Part shown: piece after piece, positions 26,524 through 38,400 of the stretch
Position numbering within the stretch: position 1 is the stretch's first letter
Layout: each line of letters starts with the position of its first letter
Origin: Lytechinus pictus
Taxonomy: Eukaryota
Length of the DNA: 64,000 nt
Assembly: GCF_037042905.1 (NCBI RefSeq)
Contig: NC_087252.1
Location: 16,928,001 to 16,992,000, forward strand
Direction: 5' to 3'
The notes under the pieces: model-generated
What the model was told of the DNA's origin: nothing
Seen by the model: the letters and a program-made list of their open reading frames with translations, nothing else
Database searches by the model: none
Program-made: the position numbers and the translations under genes

Positions 26524-29500
26524 CGCATACATTCGTAATTCCGAAGCTTCGTTATTCCGAAGGTTTGGTTCGTAATTCCAAAGGTTCGTTAATCCGAAAA
26601 CGAAATAAGGTTCGTAATTCCGAAGGTTCGTTAGTCCGAAAACGAAATGAGGTTCGTAATTCCGAAGGTTCGTTAGTCCGAAAATGAAATGAGGTTCGTA
26701 ATTCCGAAGGTTCGTTAGTCCGAAAACGAAATGAGGTTCGTAATTCCGAAGGTTCGTTAGTCCGAAAACGAAATAAGGTTCGTAATTCCGAAGGTTCGTA
26801 AGTCCGAAAACGAAATAAGGTTCGTTGTTCCGAAGGTTCGTTAATCCGAAAACAAAATAAGGTTCGTTGTTCCGAAGGTTCGTTAATCCGAAAACAAAAT
26901 AAGGTTCGTTCTTCCGAAGGTTCGTTAATCCGAAAACGAAATAAGATTCGTTATTCCGAAGGTTCGCTAATCCAAAAATTGAAAACCGGGAAAGCAGAGG
27001 AAGGGCAAGTGTGGTGGTGGGGGGAACACCGTTGTATTTAAATTGTTATGAGGATGGGAAGGCAAGGGCGGCCGAACGAATTTTCGTTGGGGGGAAATGC
27101 CAAAAATGACACTCGTACGTCAAAATGGGCACTTTGGTGATATTTTCACCATGAGATTATCATCTGCGTGAAGTCATTGTGTTTTTTAGTAATTTAGTAG
27201 CGAAAAGCTATTTCGAAGTTACTTCTAATTATGGAAATATTATATTTGTGCTTTATTTTTCGCGAGAGAATAACGCCACAAATGTTCGGATTAACGAACC
27301 CTTTTTGGTGTGTCGCAGATCCGACACCCCTTTCGAGCCAACAAATCGGAGTCGGGAGACGGTGACTAGCGTGGAATGTATTTATTTATTAGTATACAAC
27401 AGATCCCTGCATTGAATAAACATACAGTAGTATCATAAGCAATAATCAGTATTACAGAGCACAAATATAAATAATACAATGCGACAGTCACATCATTTAT
27501 CACCTGATATTTCGTTAATTATAATTGTGAAGTTAGGTTAATTGTCTATGCACTTGATTGAATGGTAAATAACTACTTATATCCGCAAAGAATCAAATTT
27601 AGAATACACGTAGTAGTAAAAAGATGATATGTATATGTGCTTCATATTGTCGTATATATTCAAAAATAATGTTTTAATAATAACATTATCAATATATCGT
27701 TTATATCGCAGAATCAAAAATAGAAACTCTATATAATAAATCCATATCCGTCTGGAATAACACCTACACGGCACGTAAAACTGTTAAAGTAAATCCTGTA
27801 GATAGACATCGCCAATATATAAATTCACATAAAAAAGGAACAAAGGTATACATGTGATATAATTAACCAACATGTAGCTATATTAATATTAACTTACCCT
27901 AGGTGGTGTATATAAACTTAGACATCTCCATTATATAAGCCACACTCTAAACATGGCGTCGTTTACAAATCCACGTCAGCATGCCCTATTTGGACAAAAA
28001 TACATAAATACATAAATCCTCTAATATACGATTTTGAAAAGAACAAACTCAATAAACATAGCCCCAAAATTATTTTAGCTACGATTACAGATTATCAACT
28101 CTCAAATGTGTTCGGTTGAATATCGAAACAAAAGTAACCCGCTTCAAATGTCTAGAAGCATCAAAATATCAGTTGATCAGATTAGATTCCTGAAAACCTC
28201 AACATGCAGATTAAATTCCTGAAAACCTCAACATGATAAGAATAAATTAAACATAATCAAATAAATCATGCTTTTCTCGCACAAGGTGAACATTCATCTA
28301 TGATTAACTTTTCGTCAAGAATTAAAGTCACATGATCAATACCGCGGCAAAATTCAACGCCACGCCCAAAATCCAATCTGTACCAACGTTGTACATTGTG
28401 ACAGCATTCAAGGTACGCGAATGAAACACAGACAAAGGCTTCTACGAGAGCTTCGAGACTTTATTCTTGATTCATCTCATTTCGATTAATAATCTTCAAA
28501 CTTTGATATAGCTCCAAAAGCTCCGTGAAAACTGTATCAATGAAACATACATAAAAACATCATAAATACATTGTATAGACTTATGTGTGATCATCTGATA
28601 ATTCACTCTTTCTTCAAGCAACAAACTAAACAATTATTGTGAAATGTGCTTATAATCTGATAAATAAAATATATGTAAATTGACACGTTGATTTACACAA
28701 CAATTAGAGTTGCCACTATACTATCAATAACTTCAGGTGTATCTTTATGTTTTAAATATGAAGCTACCATATCTTGACTTTCAGCTGACCTACATATACA
28801 GTGTAACCTTTCTGGTCATTAATTACACAAAACAAATCCTGAATTATCTTATTTTCGGTAAACTAATATCAAATTCAGTGAACATACATGAATCTCCTAT
28901 TCATCACTATGTCATCTTCAAATGTGAGGATCCAATGTATAAGCTATAGACTTAATTGACCTTATTTCTTGCTTACACAATCTTATAACACACATGTGAA
29001 TGTATAATTGTTATGTAATCTACATGCACAGAAGCTGCATGGATTTAGAACCTAAAATAATTCGACTTATTTTCATTTTTAACATTTATCATTTCATAAA
29101 ATAAAGACTTCCTATGAGACACTAACCTCTTTGCCTCCTTATTGTATCAAAATTAATAACCAGGTTTCCAGGATTCACTGGAACTTGGATGATTGTGTCA
29201 CCTCATATCTGTCAGTTCTTCCATGTTTATATACAGTGATTGGTGCAATGGAAAACACTGTCCTAGAGAGAACACTAGCTGGCGCTATGTCAATAACTGC
29301 TTTGCACAAGCAATATTGTTAATGACATATATGCACTGTGCTAAATACATGACCAAAGGTTTTTATAAAACATAACCAGTGATAAATGTTATATCATCAT
29401 GGAAATATGAAATATATTAAATAATGTTTCTGCAATATTTCATATCAATATCAAATGAGAAATCATATATTTTTCAATCAACTTTCACAACATACATAAT

Positions 29501-30149
29501 CATGAGGAAAATTGCACAAAATTTTATCTACAATATATTTTAATAGATTACCTAATTTTCGCTACAATGAAAGTATAATGCGAGTTATAATTAATTGCTA
29601 CGTACCATATCTAAGCCGTCTAAGACATGGCTATGCCAACGCCAACACGTATAGCGCCTACTGGAAAACGGTCCTGTCGGCTGCTATTTCAAGTTTGTCA
29701 ATGGACGTATACAGTGGGTGCTGCCCGCCGTATCACTAGAAATTACTAACACTGGTATTCGTGCAATCATCTAACAAAAAAGTTCCACTTTCAAATAAAA
29801 AACATAATAATTAACAATTCTGTGGAACTGATCAAATATAACAGTTGCGAATAAGGACTCTACAATTTCATTAATACTGGTCAATAATTTTCATTATTAT
29901 ATTTAAGCAGAAATTATAACACGTTACGGTTCGATTCCAATGACAATTTACTCGAATATGCAATTTAATCAATCCGCATTTAGATCCCGGATCTAGAGTA
30001 TCCTAAAAAATAGTAGTTTGACACTACACCTTTTTCGTTTTCGGATTAACGAACATCGAGGTATTTGCAACTTACGTGTTTTGGAATTACGAACCTTCAG
30101 AATAAAGAACCTTCGGAATTACGAACCTTCGGAATTACGAAGTGTAACC
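26524..30149. mobile_element. Second copy of the foldback-like element (42-bp satellite arm) with a nested 2.7-kb insertion
   Basis: Same two termini as 48567-49001, in the opposite orientation. ~10 copies of a 42-bp (16+26) unit lie at 26570-26975. The element sits in a (CTA)n tract with flanks TACTACTAC/TACTATTAC. A short remnant of the same family is at ~3348-3392. Confidence 0.7.
27307..30030. mobile_element. Unclassified 2.7-kb non-coding insertion (solo-LTR-like or other)
   Basis: Interrupts the foldback arm precisely (…GAACCCTTTTT|CGTTTTCGG…; compare with the 48567 copy). Ends are GGTGTGTCG…CTACACC. AATAAA occurs on the minus strand ~70-80 nt from the left end. Confidence 0.6.
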
Positions 30150-30373
30150 TACTATTACTACTACTATACTACTACTACTGCTACTACTACTGCTACTATT
30201 ACTACTACTAATACTACACCGCTACTACCACTAATGCTGCTACTACTACTTCTATTACTACTACTACTACTACTACTGCTACTACTACTGCTGCTACTAT
30301 TACTGTTGCTATACTAATACTACTTCTACCACTACTAATACTGCTACGACTATTACTACTTCTACTACTACTT

Positions 30374-30407
<34 letters not shown>

Positions 30408-30417
30408 AACTACTATA

Positions 30418-30451
<34 letters not shown>

Positions 30452-30485
30452 TTATTACTACTACTACTCCTACTACTACTACTAC

Positions 30486-30531
<46 letters not shown>

Positions 30532-31188
30532 CTACTACTACTACTACTACTGCTGCTGCTACTACTACCACTACTACTACTGATACTACTACTACTACTA
30601 CTATTACTACTACTGCTACTACTATTACTACTACTACTATTACTACTACTGCTACTACTACTACTCTGACGACGACGACTACTAGTACTACTACTATTAT
30701 TACTGCTACTACTACTACTACTACTACTACTATTTCTATTGCTGCTACTACTACTACGACGACGACGACGACTACTACTACTACTACTCCGACGAATACT
30801 ACTACTACTACTACTTCTAATAATAATAATAATAATAATAACGTTTTATTTACCTAGGGTAGCCACTTCAGTTAGGAAACTGCTCTACCAGCGGGCCCTG
30901 CATAACATAATAATGTTATTATTACCCTTCTCCAATCAAAATGTTGAGCGCCTAGCAAGAAGGCAGAAGGTCCATTTTTATAAGTCTTTGGTATGACTCG
31001 GCCGAGGATCGAACCCACGACCTCCCGTTCATGAGGCGGACGCTCTACCACTGAGCCACCGTACTACTACTACTACTCCGACGACTACTACTACTCCGAC
31101 GACTACTGCTACTGCTACTACTGCTGCTACTATTATTATACTACTACTACTACTACTTCTACTACTACTCCTACTTCGACTGCTACGT

Positions 31189-31223
<35 letters not shown>

Positions 31224-31326
31224 GCTACTTCTATTACTACTACTAATCCGACTACTACTACTACTACTACTACTACTACGATTACGACTTCTACGACTAC
31301 TACTACTACTACTACTATTGCCACTT

Positions 31327-31372
<46 letters not shown>

Positions 31373-31400
31373 GACAACTACTACTGCTACTGCTACTATT
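30150..31400. repeat. Long imperfect (CTA)n microsatellite with an internal inverted (TAG)n block and a SINE insertion
   Basis: Direct reading; (TAG)n at ~30487-30530. Confidence 0.95.
30818..31061 (-). mobile_element. tRNA-derived SINE with (TTA)n tail
   Basis: The minus strand has A box TGGCTCAGTGG and B box GGTTCGATCC in a tRNA-like head, then a ~150-nt body, AATAAA and a (TTA)n tail. Confidence 0.85.
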
Positions 31401-31411
31401 GGATTCTTCTA

Positions 31412-31921
31412 CAGTGCGTATCAAAAAAAAGTTTACACTTAGAAAAAATCCTGTAAAATTATACATTCGTAGTATCCTGAAGATTATTCCACATTTTAAC
31501 ATTGGTACAGATCCATTTAAGCAAATGACGAGATAACTGTCGAAAAATATTTCCGCTTGAGTGAGCACCACTTACTTTTGAAAAGTTAGTGAAGAATGAT
31601 TTGCGCAGAACTTTGAAATAGTTATGCGAATAAAAGTAAACCTTAATTATGAAGAACACATTGAATTTAGCTAATAAAATTGATTTGAAGATATATTTTA
31701 CCCTTTTAACTAGTTTCCTTGCCCAAAACACTTCGATTAGTGCATTGCGCCCCACCCCACTCCCCCACACACCGAGGCTATCATGACGATACTTGCTTTA
31801 CACTGAGCTGTGATTTCCATGAAATGGCTTAGTCGTGATTTTCATTTTGTTAATCATCGTCAAGCTTGGGAATAGTGTGGAGAAACAAGAAATAAATGAA
31901 ATGTAAACCCACTTTAAATGA
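31412..31921. mobile_element. Truncated copy of the 62045-63019 MITE
   Basis: Same left TIR after TA. Colinear with 62045-62561, then switches abruptly to EnSpm subterminal repeats. Confidence 0.88.
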
Positions 31922-32869
31922 TTCACCATTCACTTCACCAGAACACTTTCATAAACACTTAAACACGTTCATAAACACTTCACCAGAACACTTTAATGAA
32001 CACCACATCTAAACACATGTTTAGATTATAAACATCATGTTTAATCTTTAAACACGTCAGTGTATTTATTTTATAAATGTTTTGACACATTTACTGTTAA
32101 ACACTTTTTTGTAACAGTTTGTAAACGTTTAAACATGTTTATGACTTTAAAAATAAACACTTCTGGTATAAAGCGTTTACAATACAAGAAATGTAAATCT
32201 GAAACAGAACATTCCAAAATTGTGAAATCCTTGCAAGCTTTATAAACAGATTATATATACATGGTGTGCCAAAACAAAAACTACTTGATCAAAACTAATT
32301 GGCTAATTTTCTTTACGAGTTGATATAATTCTTCACACTTGAATCATGAAAGAAAAAAAAAACAGATATAAATGGAATATTGAGAAACATTAAGGGCACT
32401 GCAGGGATGTGAGGTCCACTGTAGGGAAATTTACTATTCAAAATTTTCCTGAGTCGTAAAGTAAAATTTTCTTGAATCTCAGAATTGCTATTGATAGCTC
32501 ACTGTCGAGATGAATTATAAGTCAACCAACAGAGTTCAAGGCCCATATACTTGTCAATATCTTTTGCTTTAGCAACAGTCAGAAGGTGCCGTGTCATAAA
32601 CTTTTCCAACTGTTGTAATTCTCCATGTACTGTAAATATCATGGCAATAGCTGTAATGCTGTATGCTGATTGGTTGCCTCCATGGAAGTTACAATAATCG
32701 GGAATGTTACAACAATGTCTGGTAAATGTTTATGAAGTTCTCATATTGTGTAACATATAAAATAATTGTAGAGCGCTTAGATCAATTTGTTTGCTTAAGC
32801 CCTATATGAATATTCCATATTGTATTGTACCGTATTGAAATAAATCATTTAAAGCAAAATGATTCCAAT

Positions 32870-33217
32870 CATGCATCACACAAGTTATATTACCTTGTTC
32901 TTGAATACATGCAAATAAAATTTCATTTGATAATATTAATGAAATGGGGGAAAAATTATATATACAAGGGTATTGCAAGGATTTGCATAGTGAGAACATG
33001 TGAAAGTCAAAATATGGAAAATCACAATTCAAAATCATTCTAGTCACCGACGTGCATCACACAGTATATATTACCTTGTTCTTGAAAACATGAAACTTAA
33101 ATTTCATTTGATAATATTAATGAAATGGGGAAAAACATTTCAATGTACAAGGGCATTGCAAGGATTAGCATAATGAAAACATTTGAAAGCCAAAATATGG
33201 AAAATCACAATTCAAAA
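32870..33217. repeat. ~181-bp diverged tandem duplication
   Basis: TGCATCACAC…ATATTACCTTGTTCTTGAA…CAAAATATGGAAAATCACAATTCAAAAT occurs twice. Confidence 0.8.
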
Positions 33218-34496
33218 TTTTCCTTAATGTCTCTGAGCAACACAGTAACTGATCAAAAAACTAGTGCTTTTTTCATTAAATTAGAATTTTGCCAATGGAA
33301 GCATCATTTGCTCCATTTAATTTATTCAGAACAACACTGATCTCTCCATGGCTTTTCTTGCATGTGACTTGAAAACATTATACTGGGAATTATCAAAATT
33401 TACTCTTGGTACCCTCCAATGAGATGTGTACAAGAGTTTAAAGTTTGCACTTGATTACACTTAGTGCTTGCCCCTTCTAAATTTTACACTATAGTTTGGA
33501 CCAAGCATTTTGCATACTGGAGAGAACAATGTAGAAAGAACAACTTCAATACTCCTAGAAATTAAATGAGACTTTTGATTATGTGCACATAATACTTTCA
33601 CTTGCTAATAATGAACATGGGCTTAAATCTTAGTAAGGTTTTGACTTGACCAATTGATTAATCACACTATAAAATACATGTACATTCAATACTGACAATG
33701 TAAATCTTTAAAATGCAATATGAATTAGGCATGAAATGTAAAATGCACACAAGGATTTTTACAAAGGGACCATGAAGTGTCAACGGATTATAAGCGCTTG
33801 TCACACTACAGCGGTTCATTCGTTCCATTTCCACCCCCCCCCCAAACCCATTCCTTTACTGCCGATGTTCGGTGGTTTTCGTCAACAGATGGACATGTGC
33901 ATGCAAAAAACTGTAACTTTCTGTAAAACAGAAACCACCGAACGTTGCTGGAAAAGGAAAAACAAAAACACTGCCATCATCTGTGATATAATTCTTTTCA
34001 TCTGATGAAAAAAATTCTAACAGATTTACGTCTGTGGAAAAAAAAAACACGAAAAGGGAACAAATGACGAACAAATGCACACAGAATGAAGCTGGGTGAC
34101 TGTAAAGTGTACATGTGTTTTTAAAAAAGCGATCAAATGAGAAGAATGTGGGGGGGCGTGACTAGTATCTTTTTATTTACAAGGTTGTGCCTCAGCTACC
34201 CTCCAAATTGCAGTCTGAAGAACTGCCTGCAAGGGCAAAATATAGGGTCTTGAAATGATTGCATAAATGATTGTCTTTCAGATTGTGTGTGTGTGTGCAT
34301 ATGTGTGGTAGGTGTGTGTTTTGGGTGTTTTTCGGAGGTTGACCGAGGCACAACCTTGTCAGTCACAAAAGATCCGAGTGCCCCCCCCCCACATGACTTG
34401 GGACCATTTCCTACCAATTCCTTATTTTCAGGAAGATTCCACACAAATCCTTTATACTGATTAGATGGTAAAATATAGGAATAATTTTCTTTCACT

Positions 34497-34659
34497 AGCT
34501 GCGAATACATCTTCAGATATTCGAGGTTGAAGACATATTATGCAGCGCTAAGCTGCATGAATGCCTTGGTGAGATTTGTAACTTTGCAATCAATTGTGAC
34601 CTCATCAGATACGATGAAACATCCAGTCACATCTTCCTCTCAGGTATTACAAAGATGAC
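34497..34659 (-). pseudogene. Partial duplicate of the ORF2 last exon
   Basis: Matches 35568-35728 with several substitutions and a 1-nt indel. Confidence 0.85.
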
Positions 34660-35458
34660 AAGTTAGTGTGTGATAAACATGTACATTATGCCCACATATG
34701 TAGTAACACCCTCCCACAAATGTAGCAATCTTAATTCTCCCACCAATGTAGTAAACTGACAAAAAAAATTGCTTCCAACAAATGTAGCAGTTCTTTAATA
34801 GTCAAATTTCTCTCACAAATGTAGTAATATTGCATGTGTGGGAGAAATTTGACTAAGAATCACATCATTTGTGGGATGCACTTATACTATGTTTATGAGC
34901 ACTACAGGGCCTAGCCTAGCTGGTTTGGTTACTGTTTGACAGGTATCTGGCCAGAATCCTTATTTGCCCCAATATTAGAAAACCATCGTCTGGCAGATTC
35001 TATGTGGTGAACTAGGAGTGAGAGCAAATAATTGAAGGGATTTTCCCATAGGGTAATGTATTATGGGGGGGGGGGGGTAAGCGGCACTTAGAAATGAAAG
35101 TCTATGGAGGGTTTTCTTGTTTTTTTCCATAGCATATATTTGAATATGCTCATTTCGCAATAAAAAGCATGATTTTTTTTTGGCCTTTGAACATCGAGAA
35201 TCACCTGCGGTCAAAGATGTATATCTAAGGAAATAAAGCTGTCCGATATAGCGGCGAACTTTCGAAATAGCAATTCTTTCCCGTTTATCAGTGGCTGAGG
35301 GCACTTGCCAGATACCATTTCAGAATCATTATGACCGAAAACCAAAAATCATAAAATCAGTGTATTCAAATGTAAGCTATGGAAAAATAGATGCAAGGAT
35401 CCGGCAAAGACTGATGTGTTATACAGTGCCACTTCAAAATACCCAAGGCTGTCTAAAT

Positions 35459-38400
35459 CTACTGCATCCCCAACTGCTGTCGGAGGAGAACCTCAAAGTT
35501 TCTATACTTGGAACTCTTTTGGCCGTTGTATGGTTCCTTGAGCACATAGCTCTGCACTAGACCCAGCAGCTGCGAATACATCTTCGGATATTCGAGGTTG
35601 AAAACGTAGTATGCAGCGATAAGCTGCATGAATGCCTTGGTGAGATTGGTAACTTTGCAATCAATTGTGACCTCATCAGATACGATGAAACATCCAGTCA
35701 CATCTTCCTCTCCGGTAACAAAGATGACCAGTCGAGGCGGCTCTTTCTTGCCACTTGTCATGTGGGCTTCTACGTCCTCATCCGGAACTTCCTGTAATTA
35801 TGGATAGAGAGATTAAAAAACAAACAAAAAGTCTCAAATTCTTAACAAACTGACTTGAAGAATGTTTGATAGCCAATAATGAAATCTGAATATATCAGTG
35901 AACTGTCTATTATCCAATGAATAATCGATCATACATTTTAGGTTTGTTCCATTTACCTTAACCTAATTTTGATACCAACTGAGACGATGGGGAAAATGGG
36001 GGGTATAGATATCATCAAAAGTGTGCAACATATGCTTGTCAAAACTACCCAGTAAGTCCACCAAGTTTGCGTTTATGTACTCAAATCCAGTTCAAGTTCA
36101 AGATGCTTTGTCATTTGGACCTGAATGGAAAAAAATACTTTGAGATTTCGATACTTCTGAATAATAATTAATGGACCTGTTTGAGATAGTCAAACTATTA
36201 ACTTGGCTTTCACCTCGTGTCACTCATTTGATCCCACCTTGTTCATAGATTATACCAAGAAACCCAATAATCAGTTGTTTATCACATAGAAAATAGAAAA
36301 CTACTGATGTTGTAAGAATATTAAGATAAGAAATCTGCTACATCATCTTAAAAGATAAAAGTAATTATTTTTGTGATATTCCACATGAGTGTATAGCCTT
36401 TGATCTTGTGACCTAAAAATTTAATGAGGTCATTACCTCTCCAGTAAACATGCATATTCAGTGTTGTTTAACCCTAACAAAGGTGATCAGTAAATTCACA
36501 TCCACAAAAATGAGAATAAACAGAATGATACACGAACCAACACCAATGGCCAGCTGGCTACAGGGTGCAGGAGCATGTTTAATTCCTGTAATGGGGAAAA
36601 ATATGGGGAAAGAAATCCACACGTACCTTTTTTATTGAGATGACAGCTTCAGTTTTACTCCCTTTTCCCCTGTCAAATGCCGTCTTTTTTTCGATGTACT
36701 GGATAAGGGGAAGCAATTCCAGTGGTCCCTGCAGTAGATTGAAACAATAATAGAATTATAATGCTTATGACATATAGAATATGATTCTAAACAATAACAC
36801 TACCTGCATGCAGGAGACACTACAACACCACTAGACAATGGTAAAGATGGGTTGACTGCATGTGTTGTGAGTCAAACGTGTTTGGTATATATATATATAT
36901 ATATATATAAGAGAAAACATCATGTTCTTGTGCCATTTCCCATTTTTAAACACATTTTGTTCAAAGTTGGGTTCTATTTTTTTTTTTATATCGTTATAGT
37001 TTGCAGCCCAATTTCTTTCTAATTCCATGGATCCCCCTCCCCCCCAAAAAAAAAGAAGAGAGAGAGAGGAGAAAGAAATAACACTGAGTACAATTTTTAA
37101 CTCTTTGAACTGGACTGCAACAAGATTCGAACTCACAACTCACAATCTTCAACTTGTTTGGCAGACATTCTACATAACAACTAGTTGGGGGAAAAAGACA
37201 TAAAAACGAGCTCCATGTGGCATCACCTGAGGAAGGCAATCAATGCATTTGACACAATTTTCCTAAAGTCATTTATTTACATCATTACAGTGAAGTCCCC
37301 CCCCCCCCCATTTTCTTTTTAACCCCAAAGATGGCTTCCACCAAGTTTGGTTGAGATCTACCCACATGTTCTGGAGAAGATGAAAATATAAAATGGTTTT
37401 TGGACAATGCACTACGGATGATAAATGGGATGTGATAGCAATACCTCACATGAATCTTTGACTCAGGTGAGGTTTATAAAACAAATCTACAAGGTATTCC
37501 ATTCCAACTGAAACCTCAACATTAATGCCATACCAAAATATACCTGGAGTCTGTTGCATACAAATTAAATTTGAAAACAAACGATTTATGCAGTGACTTT
37601 TGACATAAATTATACATAAGGTTTTATGCAACAGGCCTCATCATACACAAAATAAATGGGCTTACCTCTTTGCTGCCAGTACTCTTGAGTTCTTCAATGG
37701 CTCTCATGAACTTTTGAAGACAAGATTCCAGTTCATCTAATGAGTCACGTCCTCTTACGAGCTGAAAGTCATGGAGGATCTAAAATAAAAAAGAAAGAAA
37801 ACAACAAAATTTATGTTATGTGAACATCTACACAACCTAATTGCTACCTTTGATTAGAGAATTGATTCACTTCCACATGGTATGGAGATTAATGCCATGA
37901 CAAAATAATGTTAGGTTGGCCAAATTACAAAAAAATAACAAGTTCTGAAATGGAAAAAAGTGCCCCTAGCCAGTCAGGCCAGGTATCTGTAGATAATTGC
38001 TATTAATTAATGATAAAAATTATTCACATCTTTGAAACTACAGGGTTCTCACAAAAAAGAAACGTAGACATGACTGAAATAAACCATAAGTAACACGAAA
38101 ATACCCATATTTGCACAAAATTATTAATTTTAAAGATGCATTATGAAAAATTTATGTTATGTGAACATCTACACAACCTAATTGCTACCTTTGATTAGAG
38201 AATTGATTCACTTCCACATGGTATGGAGATTAATGCCATGACAAAATAATGTTAGGTTGGCCAAATTACAAAAAAATAACAAGTTCTGAAATGGAAAAAA
38301 GTGCCCCTAGCCAGTCAGGCCAGGTATCTGTAGATAATTGCTATTAATTAATGATAAAAATTATTCACATCTTTGAAACTACAGGGTTCTCACAAAAAAG

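Noticed and set aside
26530..26975. CRISPR-like regularly repeated array
   Set aside because: No unique spacers; it is a pure 42-bp tandem unit in a eukaryotic foldback-like element, with no cas genes.
30990..31061. tRNA gene (Met-like, CAT loop)
   Set aside because: No pairing acceptor stem or poly-T terminator; it continues into a SINE body and (TTA)n tail.
30018..31571. Poly-Leu, poly-Ser and poly-Val ORFs
   Set aside because: Artefacts of the (CTA)n microsatellite.
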